From Clostridia bacterium (GTDB taxonomy: Bacteria > Bacillota > Clostridia > Christensenellales > CAG-314), in assembly GCA_036653075.1 (NCBI GenBank), contig JAVVUQ010000003.1:1-41245 (forward strand): a stretch of 41,245 nt of DNA. The letters are read 5' to 3'. The notes under the pieces were generated by a model. That model saw nothing but the letters and a program-made list of their open reading frames with translations. It had not been told where the DNA came from and ran no database searches. Every line of letters begins with the position of its first letter. The stretch's first letter is position 1. The position numbers and the translations under genes were made by a program. Of the stretch, positions 9,388 to 18,991 are shown one piece after another.

Positions 9388-10911
9388 TCAATACATAAGT
9401 TTATAAAAAGGTCTAAGTTTAGGATAAACGTTTTTGTAAACTTTTTCATAAAGATGTTCGTACTGGTTGTGTTTTATGGCGATTGGCATAAAAGGTTGTT
9501 GGTAATGCACCATATTTTCGATAGCTTCTTCGTAAGTTTTAAATCTACCAATTGCGACATAAGAAGCTAAAGCGCAACCCAAAGCGCAGGTTTCGTAAGT
9601 TTGAATACGACGTATAGGTAATCCAAACATATCGGCTGTGATTTGGCAAATTGTATCCGATTGGCTGCCTCCGCCGCCTATGGTAAGAGATTTAATTTCA
9701 GTATTTGAACGTCTTTCCATAGTTTTTAATCCGTCCATAAGCGCATAGCCGATGCCTTCGATTATGGCTCTATAAATGTGCGCTTTAGTATGAATATCTT
9801 TAAAACCTATTATACTACCTCGAGCTTCTGGATATTGCAAAAGTGGAGACCAATATGGTTGTAGCATTAAGCCGTCGCAACCAACTGGAACGTCATCTAA
9901 AAATTTATTGAGTACTTGTTCGGTAGACACGCCCAAATCGGCTGCTTCAGCAATCTCTTTTTCGGCAAATTGTTTAATAAACCAAGTAAGCATCCAATAT
10001 CCACGAAATATTTGTATTTCGGGGTTATAATAATCTTGAGCTACGGCAGGGTAAGATGGTAAAAAAGATTGTGGTTCGAAGTATTTTTTCGTGGAAAATT
10101 GTACTGTTGCCGATGTTCCAAACGAAAGGCTTGCGACGTCGTTTTGAAGTACTCCGCAGCCTAAAGTTTCACACCCTTTGTCTGAGCCGGTAGCTATTAC
10201 ATAAAGACCTTGTCGTATGCCGCTTTCTTTTGCGGCTTTTTCGCAAACGCATCCTAATACATCTCCCGAATCTACAATTTCACATAATTTTTGTGGCGGT
10301 ACATTGAACATAGGGTATTGCAAGTCATTGGTTTTTTTCCATCTTTTATTTTTATAATCAAATGGTATATGTCCAATTTGATTAGCGATAGCGTCGGCAA
10401 ATTTTCCCGTTAATTTATAGTTAATGTACCCCGAAATCAGCATATATTTGTATGTTTTTGCCCATATTTCAGGTTGATTTTCGATTATCCAATTGCTTTT
10501 TGTAATTTTACGTTGCGCATATAATGTTGGACTCATACCAATAATTTTAAATGCAAGTTTTGACATTAAAGGTAATGGAAGCGTATCACATTTTGCTTCA
10601 CGTTGATCTAACCATAATATGGCATCTCTAAGCGGATTTCCATCTTCATCTAAACATACGTAACTATCTCTAAATGTTGTAACGGACATTGCATCAATAT
10701 TTTTCCATAAAACAGCTTCTTTGTTTTTTAACTGATTACACGCCGAACACAAAGCGTTCCAATATACTTGCGGATCTTGTTCCGCCCACCCCGATTGAGT
10801 GACTTTAAATATGGAATCAAATTTGATTTGAGCTTTGCTGATTATTTCACCCTTGTCATCAATAATCATTGCGCGCAAACTTTGCGTTCCGAGGTCAATA
10901 GCTAATACCAT
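9388..10911 (-). CDS. FGGY-family carbohydrate/glycerol-derivative kinase
   Basis: LAIDLGTQS, WAEQDP, WLDQR, SFGTS, IIEGIG, GGGSQS; start moved to ATG 10911 behind an AAGGAG RBS. Confidence 0.92.
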   Translation of the reverse strand: MVLAIDLGTQSLRAMIIDDKGEIISKAQIKFDSIFKVTQSGWAEQDPQVYWNALCSACNQLKNKEAVLWKNIDAMSVTTFRDSYVCLDEDGNPLRDAILWLDQREAKCDTLPLPLMSKLAFKIIGMSPTLYAQRKITKSNWIIENQPEIWAKTYKYMLISGYINYKLTGKFADAIANQIGHIPFDYKNKRWKKTNDLQYPMFNVPPQKLCEIVDSGDVLGCVCEKAAKESGIRQGLYVIATGSDKGCETLGCGVLQNDVASLSFGTSATVQFSTKKYFEPQSFLPSYPAVAQDYYNPEIQIFRGYWMLTWFIKQFAEKEIAEAADLGVSTEQVLNKFLDDVPVGCDGLMLQPYWSPLLQYPEARGSIIGFKDIHTKAHIYRAIIEGIGYALMDGLKTMERRSNTEIKSLTIGGGGSQSDTICQITADMFGLPIRRIQTYETCALGCALASYVAIGRFKTYEEAIENMVHYQQPFMPIAIKHNQYEHLYEKVYKNVYPKLRPFYKLMY

Positions 10912-10959
10912 CGCTTTATCTCCTTTAAATAAGTAATTGATATTATACAATCAATTAAA

Positions 10960-11325
10960 TTAATTGAGTTTATTATTATTTACGCAAGCAAAGTCTATAT
11001 CCGCTGTTGCAATAACGTTTACGTCTTCGTCAAGCGCATTTTCTATAATTATATCGCCTATTTTAACATCGTAATCTACGACAATTTCTTTAAGTAACGC
11101 CATAAGTTCAAAAATTCGTCCTTTAGATAATTCCTTATCAGTTTTTACGGGCAGACGTGGCATATTTTTAAAGATAGTTTTAACCGTTCCTGTTACTGTG
11201 CGTTTTGGATTGACGCTTTCATTTTTAGCAAAATCTAAACCACGTTTACATTTATAACCGCTTACCTTGTCGCCATCTACAGTAATACTGCAACCATTTG
11301 GACAAACAATACAAGTTAATTTCAT
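10960..11325 (-). CDS. DUF1667-like CxxC small protein (partner of GlpA-like oxidoreductases)
   Basis: CIVCPNGC...CKRG...P.R.VT...LPVKT pattern; position after two flavoproteins. Confidence 0.85.
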   Translation of the reverse strand: MKLTCIVCPNGCSITVDGDKVSGYKCKRGLDFAKNESVNPKRTVTGTVKTIFKNMPRLPVKTDKELSKGRIFELMALLKEIVVDYDVKIGDIIIENALDEDVNVIATADIDFACVNNNKLN

Positions 11326-11464
11326 TTTTAAACCTCGCTTGTTTTTACATTTGCTATAATATTCAAATTATTTATTGTGTTTATCAATATTTTGTTGTGT
11401 TTTGATTGAATAATTTGATTTAATTTTTTAATTATATATAAAAACAAAAATAATTCAAAGATTT

Positions 11465-12724
11465 TTACGATATTTTAATTCTATTTTCTTCCAATTTAAT
11501 CTTAATATCGTTTATTTTGCCATATTTGCTTAAATCGGATTCTATTCTTATCATTTCTGGCGGAAGCAACCTTGCGTAATGAGTGACGCTATGTTGTAGT
11601 CCGTTAACCCAAATTGAAATGCTTTGGTTTAGCATTTTTTGTTTTACTCTTAAATAGAATATTACTTCACATTTTGGAGCGTAATTATTAATTCGTTGTG
11701 GTACGACATAGGAAAACTTGTCATCTATTTGCACTTCGCAATCGTCTTTTGGATAAAGCGGCGACGAAGCGTAACCGCCAGCGATATATCCGCTTTCCGA
11801 TACATAATCTACCAAGTCGTTAACGTGCAAACTATTACCGCAGCAATACACGCCAATTTCATCTGTCATTAAAGTTTGGTCAACATTCGGGCCTTTGGTT
11901 TTGACGCAGAGTTTAATTCCAATTTTTTTTGCTATTTCATTTTCAGGAATAAGTCCAACGGATAATATTACTGCATCGCAATCAATGCGTTCAGCGCTTT
12001 CAAGTATAGCTGTTCCGTTGTCGTCTACGCTACAAACTTCAACGCTTTCAACTCTATCCACGCCAAATACTCGTGTAACGGTTTTTTGTAAATAAAGTGG
12101 AATATTAAAATCTTCTAAACATTGAACTACGTTTCTTGTTAATCCGCCCACTTCTTTTTTAGCTTCAAAAACGCCTAAGACAGTTGCCCCTTCAAGTGTC
12201 AATCTTCGCGCCATAATAAGTCCAATATCGCCGCTGCCTAAAATAATACATCTTTTTGTAGGCATAAGTCCCATTAAATTGATATAATGTTGAGCTGTAC
12301 CCGCAGTCAAGATACCCGCTATATTATTGCCTCCAACAAAAATTTGTTTTGCTGTGCGTTCTCTACATCCCGTAGCAAGCACAATTTTTTTGGCTTTGAT
12401 TTGTCCAACGCCATCGCTATTAACATATTCGATACAAAATCCATCTTCAATATTTTCACTTTCACGTTTTATAGTAGTTATAAATGCGCCAGACAGTACC
12501 TTAACAGTGGAATTATTCAATTCTTTTTCTGCAAGCGCTGCATATTCAGTGCCTGTTAAACGCTCGCCATATTTAATCAAGCCAAATCCTTCGTGAATAC
12601 ACTGATTAAGTATTCCGCCAATACGATTTTCTCTTTCTACTAAAATTACGCTACTTTGGTTTGAAGCTGTTACCGCCGCTGCTATACCAGCGGGACCGCC
12701 GCCTATTACTAATACGTCATACAT
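11465..12724 (-). CDS. NAD(P)/FAD-dependent oxidoreductase (pyridine nucleotide-disulfide family)
   Basis: GGGPAG, GGILNQCIHEGFG, ATGCRER, GSGDIGLIMARR, GN.LHV.DLVDYVS. Confidence 0.92.
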   Translation of the reverse strand: MYDVLVIGGGPAGIAAAVTASNQSSVILVERENRIGGILNQCIHEGFGLIKYGERLTGTEYAALAEKELNNSTVKVLSGAFITTIKRESENIEDGFCIEYVNSDGVGQIKAKKIVLATGCRERTAKQIFVGGNNIAGILTAGTAQHYINLMGLMPTKRCIILGSGDIGLIMARRLTLEGATVLGVFEAKKEVGGLTRNVVQCLEDFNIPLYLQKTVTRVFGVDRVESVEVCSVDDNGTAILESAERIDCDAVILSVGLIPENEIAKKIGIKLCVKTKGPNVDQTLMTDEIGVYCCGNSLHVNDLVDYVSESGYIAGGYASSPLYPKDDCEVQIDDKFSYVVPQRINNYAPKCEVIFYLRVKQKMLNQSISIWVNGLQHSVTHYARLLPPEMIRIESDLSKYGKINDIKIKLEENRIKIS

Positions 12725-12811
12725 ACTTTTCCTTGAAAATTTATAAAACTCACATAGTTTTTTTAATTTTTTAAATGTATTTAATTATTTAATCAATTTA
12801 TAATATTAGAA

Positions 12812-14512
12812 CTAAAATATAATTTTGCCATTGCCTTTTTTTGCGATTTCATTGTACGGAATATTTAATTCGTCGTGTATTATTTCTAAAACTTTAGGTT
12901 GACAAAAACCGCCTTGACAGCGTCCCATACCAACACGCACTCGCCGTTTCAATCCATCAACCGTTTGAGGCATTATAGTAGAATGGAGAGCGTCGATGAT
13001 TTCTCCTTTACTAATTTCTTCGCATCGACAAACGATTTCGCCATAGGCAGGATTGTTTTTTATATATTCATCTCTTTCAGTTAAATTTAATTTTGCAAGT
13101 TTTACCACGCCTGTTCTAATTGGATTAAAGTTGCTTTTCATAGTAACAGTTTTTCCGAAAAGAGCTAATTCATCTTTCGTCATAGCTACTGCATCTTCGG
13201 CAATTGCGGGCGCAGCGGTTAATCCAGGTGATTGAATACCAGCTATATGAATAATATTTTTAGTTTTACGCCCTTTTTCTACAATGAAATCTTCGCCATA
13301 AGCGCAAGCGCGTATTCCCGAAAAATAGGTAATAATATCGCTTTTACTTAACCCTTTAGCTGTAACTTTATGTTTATCAAAAACTGCGTTCACATCTGAA
13401 ATGTCTACGCTTGTATCTTCACGATAGGGTACTTCAAGGGCATTTGGACCAACTAAAATATTACCGTCTACTGTTGGTACTAAACCGCCTCCTTTGGTAT
13501 GAGCTTTTTGATCAGATTTAATATCGCCATAAATAGCCATTTGCGCATTGATAATCGTAGAAGTTGTTTCTTTATCCGTTATAAAACTTGTGCCTTTACG
13601 CGGGTGTATGGTAAAAAATCTATCTTCTGCCATATCTGCAATTTTATCGCTAAATGCGCCCGATGCGTTGATAACTATCTTAGGTTTAATTGTTCCTCGA
13701 TTAGTAAAAACGCTTTCAATAATCCCGTTATTTACGCGCATTTTAGTTACGGCTGTATTAAGTAACACTTGCGCGCCGTTTTGACTTGCGTTTTCTGCCA
13801 GGGCAATAGTTAACATATATGGACAAACAATACCTGCCTCATAAAAATTTATGCCAAATTTAACATTGTCTGAAATATTTGGTTGTAATTTCAGCAATTT
13901 CTTTTTATTATAGTAATGAAATTTTCCTATTTTATGGCTGTTGCTTCTAATGCGCAAAAAGGGCAACAGAAATCTCAGTTTGCCCTCTTTAAATAGTAAA
14001 TATTGTCCCGTGCGTTTGAAATCAACGTCCAAATCCTCACACAATTTATCAAACATTGGGTTACTGCGTTTTACATAATCTAATTTCTTTTGTCCTTTTT
14101 TTATATCGATACCGACGTGTACAACACCATCGTTTCGAGAAGAAGCGTGTAACGCTAAATCATTTTCTTTTTCAACTAATATAATTTTTAGGTCAAGTTT
14201 AGACAATTCTCTAATAGTGGCGCATCCAATAATACCGCCGCCAATAACCAAAACATCGCAAGAAAGTCCATCATAAGCATTGTCGGCAATGTACGGAAGT
14301 CGCATTTTAGCTTCAATAAATCCATTTAATTTTATATCGTTGACAACGCCGCTATACAAACCGCTATAATAAGCAATATTTCCAGCTTTTATTGCATCGT
14401 TCCAATCATCTACTATACCGCTTATACAGCATACGCCATCATTCCTTTCCATTACCATAATAGACGGATTAATAGAGCGTATTGAATATACGATTTTTTC
14501 TTTTTTATTCAT
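12812..14512 (-). CDS. GlpA/LhgO-like FAD-dependent dehydrogenase with C-terminal BFD-like [2Fe-2S] domain and N-terminal BON-like domain
   Basis: GGGIIG, ASSRNDG, IQSPGLTAAPAIA, CRCE...GMGRCQGGFC; about 80-aa N-terminal extension. Confidence 0.9.
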   Translation of the reverse strand: MNKKEKIVYSIRSINPSIMVMERNDGVCCISGIVDDWNDAIKAGNIAYYSGLYSGVVNDIKLNGFIEAKMRLPYIADNAYDGLSCDVLVIGGGIIGCATIRELSKLDLKIILVEKENDLALHASSRNDGVVHVGIDIKKGQKKLDYVKRSNPMFDKLCEDLDVDFKRTGQYLLFKEGKLRFLLPFLRIRSNSHKIGKFHYYNKKKLLKLQPNISDNVKFGINFYEAGIVCPYMLTIALAENASQNGAQVLLNTAVTKMRVNNGIIESVFTNRGTIKPKIVINASGAFSDKIADMAEDRFFTIHPRKGTSFITDKETTSTIINAQMAIYGDIKSDQKAHTKGGGLVPTVDGNILVGPNALEVPYREDTSVDISDVNAVFDKHKVTAKGLSKSDIITYFSGIRACAYGEDFIVEKGRKTKNIIHIAGIQSPGLTAAPAIAEDAVAMTKDELALFGKTVTMKSNFNPIRTGVVKLAKLNLTERDEYIKNNPAYGEIVCRCEEISKGEIIDALHSTIMPQTVDGLKRRVRVGMGRCQGGFCQPKVLEIIHDELNIPYNEIAKKGNGKIIF

Positions 14513-14626
14513 AATAGAATCCTTATTTAAAATAGCGTAATGCCAATTTAATTCTCAATTTATCCTTGAGCCATATACATAATATAATTATTGGTATAAT
14601 TGCTATTTTAATTACGTATATCTTAA

Positions 14627-15619
14627 TTATACTTTTAAAGTAAAAAGCAAATGTCCTTGTTGCATATATAAAATTCTATTTTTACAAATATCATAAGCAA
14701 CGCCATCTATAACATTGTCAGGATTAACATCAATTTTATCGTTTACATCGAAATAAAGATAATTGTATGACCCTTCAATCGAAGCGCCAGTACTAATACG
14801 AACCTTTAATAAATCTTTTACCTTTTCTTCGCCTCCAGCCAAATTATTGAGAGCGGCTGAATCTGCGCTTGTAGTGGCAATTGTTACCTGCCTTGTAGCG
14901 CCATATACGATATCTGTTGCAATTATAGATACATTTCCAGCTGACTTTAACGCTGCCATATCTAAACTTCTTGCGATAAACAATAATGCGGCATTATCTG
15001 TATAATCGCCTGCCTTATTTAAATTTATTGTCGCATTTTCTACGTCAGGATAAGCTTTATTATTGTGTTTAAGCGAATAAACCGCTTTATCTGTAAAAGT
15101 TAAACATTCTGCTACAAAATCATTATATTCAACGTGATATTTATCTTTATCATCAACTACGATAATAACGTCCTGTGATTCAATTTTAACAGTCGTGCAT
15201 TTGTATAAAGGAAACACAACAGTGGTTTTAACAGTGGTTAAAAACTCAATATTTTTGGAATTAGTCGCATCGTCACGCACTCTTTGTGAAGGAATACCAA
15301 TTTTTGAAATATCGCCAACTTTTGCTTTTGGATAACTGCTCCAAATTTCTAAATCTGTTTCAAGCGTTGTTTCATTACCCTTTGCAACATCAACTTTCGT
15401 AACCTTAGAGGTGTATACGCCAGTTGAATTTTCGGGATTAAGCAAAGCGCCCGCAACCTCTAAAACATCATAGTATTTTTTGTCAGCGTGCGTAACAGTA
15501 TACTCTAAAACTTCACCCTCTACCCATCTCAACGAACGCGCGGGGATAATAGGCGTTTTACACGCAACAAGCGTAAATAATGTAACCAACACAGAAATAA
15601 TCGCTATTATTTTTTTCAT
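14627..15619 (-). CDS. Putative lipoprotein of unknown function
   Basis: MKK + hydrophobic core + LVAC lipobox; AAGGA RBS. Confidence 0.85.
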   Translation of the reverse strand: MKKIIAIISVLVTLFTLVACKTPIIPARSLRWVEGEVLEYTVTHADKKYYDVLEVAGALLNPENSTGVYTSKVTKVDVAKGNETTLETDLEIWSSYPKAKVGDISKIGIPSQRVRDDATNSKNIEFLTTVKTTVVFPLYKCTTVKIESQDVIIVVDDKDKYHVEYNDFVAECLTFTDKAVYSLKHNNKAYPDVENATINLNKAGDYTDNAALLFIARSLDMAALKSAGNVSIIATDIVYGATRQVTIATTSADSAALNNLAGGEEKVKDLLKVRISTGASIEGSYNYLYFDVNDKIDVNPDNVIDGVAYDICKNRILYMQQGHLLFTLKV

Positions 15620-15687
15620 TTTAACATCCTTTATTGTTTTATTATATTTATTTTATTTATTTCTATTATTGAAATAAATCTTGTTTT

Positions 15688-15716
15688 ATTATAACACACA
15701 TAATCAATAATTGCAA
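15688..15716 (-). promoter_or_regulatory. SigA-type promoter with extended -10, upstream of the lipoprotein cluster
   Basis: TTGCAA-17-TATAAT with TG upstream of the -10. Confidence 0.6.
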
Positions 15717-15999
15717 CATTTTATTATGCAACACATAACAGCTATTTATTAGCGATTATAATATTGTATAGAAAATATTGACGCTTTTATGTAATCAAAA
15801 ATAAATATATTATAGTTGCATAAATAATCACAATTGAAAGTTGCATTGCAAATAAACATTTACATTATAAAACATTATAAAAAAATAATATGAATTAAAT
15901 AATAAAAAATAATCAATATAACGTTATTTTATAATTATGTATTATATAATTATGATTTAAATAAATAAAAACAAAATATAAAAAAGGTAAAAATGAATT

Positions 16000-16557
16000 T
16001 TACTGTTTAGATTTTATATTTTCTCGAGCGACTAAAATAGTTTTATACACAACGTCGGCGTTGTTTATGTCTTCAAAAGCGATTTGAGAATTACGATTGT
16101 AACGATTATCGTATCGATAATATCCATTATTTAATTCTTCGCCATAAGCTCCGCCGTCGAAAAATATCCAGCCGTGTCCCCTTTCGCCCATAATTAAGTT
16201 GATTTCAGGTAGTGATTCTAATTCTTTAGATGTAACCCTATCTTTATAAACAATTATTATTCGTTTATCCGTAACGGCGTACATACAGTTTTTTAATCGA
16301 TTAGATTTAATTATATTTTGTCCAAACGCAAAGTATATTCCAATAAAAATAAATGGCAAACCAAACAGGAAAAACATTCCGCCTGCTTTAGATGCCATAA
16401 TAAAAAAAACAGCAAATCCAATAAATAAAGCGCCAAAAACAATTTGCATTACACTGCGTGACTTTGAAAGAATTTTATGTTTGCCATATGAAAAGCCTTG
16501 CCAAAGCAAAGTTTCGTTGGGCAGTAGATATTGTTTGATTTTTAAAGAATTATCCAT
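16000..16557 (-). CDS. Membrane protein with two TM helices and a bacterial PH-like C-terminal domain
   Basis: L.PNETLLWQG start, 2 TM segments, YAVTDKRII, G.G.I.F. Confidence 0.8.
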   Translation of the reverse strand: MDNSLKIKQYLLPNETLLWQGFSYGKHKILSKSRSVMQIVFGALFIGFAVFFIMASKAGGMFFLFGLPFIFIGIYFAFGQNIIKSNRLKNCMYAVTDKRIIIVYKDRVTSKELESLPEINLIMGERGHGWIFFDGGAYGEELNNGYYRYDNRYNRNSQIAFEDINNADVVYKTILVARENIKSKQ

Positions 16558-16677
16558 AATTTAAATCACCTATTTTTAGGAAGGAAAGTTATGTATTAAA
16601 GGGCATTTATAAAACATCTTAATATTAATTGAAATATTTAAGTTTATAAACAATTTAATTATATTATATTATAATAT

Positions 16678-16706
16678 AGTATACCATACATAATGTATTT
16701 TATCAA
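16678..16706 (-). promoter_or_regulatory. SigA-type promoter with extended -10
   Basis: TTGATA-17-TATACT with TG. Confidence 0.5.
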
Positions 16707-16748
16707 CTTATATTCGATTAACATCAAATTTAAATAAATAATAAAATA

Positions 16749-16826
16749 ATAGTGCGGAGATAAACTTTTGCGTAGACATTATTTTTTTTAAAAAAATAAT
16801 TGACGATAAAATTTTCTCCACACTAT
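16749..16826 (-). terminator. Long imperfect inverted repeat, probable terminator of the GGGtGRT operon
   Basis: ATAGTGTGGAGA...TCTCCGCACTAT outer stem, ATTATTTTTT/AAAAAATAAT inner stem, T-rich tail on the minus strand. Confidence 0.5.
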
Positions 16827-16957
16827 AATTATAAAACATACAATATATATTACCAACATAGGCAGTTCGTGACGCCAAGTGGCGAGTTCGTGATGTTATA
16901 GCATAGTTCGTAATATAAACAACATTGAATCAAAAATCAATTCTGATAGATTGACAA

Positions 16958-17959
16958 TTAGTTTGCGTTTGATTGTTCGATGGCAACGGCAAGGGCAACT
17001 GTTGCGCCTACCATTGGATTATTTCCCATTCCGATAAGTCCCATCATTTCAACGTGAGCGGGAACGGAGGAGCTGCCAGCAAATTGCGCATCGCTATGCA
17101 TACGCCCCATTGTGTCAGTCATTCCGTAAGAAGCGGGGCCAGCGGCTACGTTGTCGGGGTGAAGCGTTCTACCAGTGCCTCCGCCAGAAGCTACTGAAAA
17201 ATATTTTTTACCCTGTTCAAGAGCCCATTTTTTATAAGTGCCAGCGACTGGATGTTGGAATCGAGTTGGATTGGTGCTGTTGCCTGTTATGGAAACGTCG
17301 ACTGATTCGTGGCGCATTATTGCAACGCCCTCGTTGACGTCATCTGCTCCGTAGCAGTATACTTTAGCGTTATCGCCTTTGGAAAAGGCAATTTTATTTA
17401 TGATATTGAGTTCATCGGTATAATAATCATATTTTGTCTGCACGTAGGTAAAGCCATTTATTCTGCTTATGATATAAGCGGCGTCTTTGCCAAGTCCGTT
17501 TAAAATAACTTTAAGTGGTGTTTTGCGTACTTTATTAGCAGTTTTTGCTATGCCAATAGCGCCTTCTGCGGCAGCAAAGCTTTCGTGTCCAGCTAAAAAG
17601 GCAAAGCATTGAGTTTCGTCACGTAAAAGCATTCCGCCTAAATTACCGTGTCCGATACCAACTTGTCTTTGATCGGCAACGCTTCCTGGAATACAAAACG
17701 CTTGTAATCCTAAACCTATTGCTTCAGCTGCCTGCGACGCTTTAAACGCTCCTTTTTTAACTGCGATTGCGCAACCAAGCGTGTATGCCATAACAGCGTT
17801 GTCAAACGCTATTGGTTGGATAGATTTTACAATTTTTTCCACATCTATATTGCGCGCAGCGCAAATAGCTTGAGCGTCTTCCAATCCGTTGATGCCGAAC
17901 TTAGCAGCTTCAACATTAATTTTATCTATACGTCTTTCATATCCTTCAAATCTAATCAT
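16958..17959 (-). CDS. GGGtGRT protein (uncharacterised)
   Basis: Contains SGGGTGRTLHPDN, FLAGHESFAAAEGAI and GNNPMVGATV. Confidence 0.95.
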   Translation of the reverse strand: MIRFEGYERRIDKINVEAAKFGINGLEDAQAICAARNIDVEKIVKSIQPIAFDNAVMAYTLGCAIAVKKGAFKASQAAEAIGLGLQAFCIPGSVADQRQVGIGHGNLGGMLLRDETQCFAFLAGHESFAAAEGAIGIAKTANKVRKTPLKVILNGLGKDAAYIISRINGFTYVQTKYDYYTDELNIINKIAFSKGDNAKVYCYGADDVNEGVAIMRHESVDVSITGNSTNPTRFQHPVAGTYKKWALEQGKKYFSVASGGGTGRTLHPDNVAAGPASYGMTDTMGRMHSDAQFAGSSSVPAHVEMMGLIGMGNNPMVGATVALAVAIEQSNAN

Positions 17960-17970
17960 TTGAAACCTCC

Positions 17971-18663
17971 TTATTCGTTACGAGGGTCAATATATTTTGA
18001 CGCTTCGTCGTATCTGCCGTATCGAGTAGTTGCTTTTTTTAAAGCTTCTTCGGCAGTCATTCCCTTTTTAACGTTCTCCATCATTTTGCCAAGATGAACG
18101 TTTTCGTATCCAATAATCTCGCCGCCTTCATCTAAAGCGAGTTTCGTAGTATAGCCTTCTGTTGTTTCAAGATAACGTACGCCTTTAGCGTTAGTAGAAT
18201 AAATCGTACCTACTTGACTACGTAATCCCTTACCTAAATCTTCAAGTCCAGCTCCAATAGGTAATCCGTCATCGCTAAAAGCCGATTGAGAGCGTCCATA
18301 GACAATTTGTAAAAACAACTCTCGCATAGCGACGTTAATAGCGTCGCACACAAGATCGGTATTAAGCGCTTCAAGGATAGTTTTCCCAACAAGTATTTCT
18401 CCTGCCATAGCAGCTGAATGAGTCATTCCAGAACAACCGATAACTTCAATGAGCGCTTCTTCAATTATTCCTTTTTTGATGTTCAATGTAAGTTTACAAG
18501 CTCCCTGTTGCGGCGCGCATCGTCCAATTCCGTGCGTAAGTCCAGAAATATCGGATATTTCTTTTGCTGCGACCCACTTTCCTTCTTCAGGAATAGGCGC
18601 AGGACCATTATTGCAACCTTTTTTAACACAAACCATTTCTTCTACTTCACGTGAATATTGCAT
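17971..18663 (-). CDS. NifU/IscU-like scaffold-fold protein associated with GGGtGRT
   Basis: CAPQQGACKL, IGCSGMTHSA, LNTDLVCDAIN; usual pairing with GGGtGRT; GGAGG RBS. Confidence 0.9.
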   Translation of the reverse strand: MQYSREVEEMVCVKKGCNNGPAPIPEEGKWVAAKEISDISGLTHGIGRCAPQQGACKLTLNIKKGIIEEALIEVIGCSGMTHSAAMAGEILVGKTILEALNTDLVCDAINVAMRELFLQIVYGRSQSAFSDDGLPIGAGLEDLGKGLRSQVGTIYSTNAKGVRYLETTEGYTTKLALDEGGEIIGYENVHLGKMMENVKKGMTAEEALKKATTRYGRYDEASKYIDPRNE

Positions 18664-18991
18664 TTTATTCTATATCCTCCTAAAAATATTATCATTATGA
18701 TTTCAACATATATTATTACTTATATAATGCGTAAAAATTACGCTAAATATAATAGCGATGTTTAAATATTACAATTATATTTAAAAATAAACAGCAATAA
18801 ATAAAGCCTTTTTCAAAGCATTAAAAAATATAATGTTGAACTGTTTGAGTGCGGCGATACTTAATGATTTCGCATTAACAAAAAATACTAAAATACAAAT
18901 AACATTCGCTCCGTATATTTAATTAAACTTTAATCAATATCTAATATCAGATTAAACAAAAAAATATCATTAGAACATACTCACATTCTAC

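Noticed and set aside
9388-10911. Calling the kinase glpK
   Set aside because: It lacks GlpK-specific motifs such as DQGTTS, TNQRETT and YFS; it is a different FGGY subfamily.
18520-18522. CGA codon in the NifU-like gene where I recall homologues having Trp (GWCAP), hinting at CGA/CGG reassignment
   Set aside because: CGA encodes the invariant Arg of MnmG GPRYCPS and CGG the invariant Arg of Mfd QLRGR, so the standard code applies; this is an ordinary substitution.
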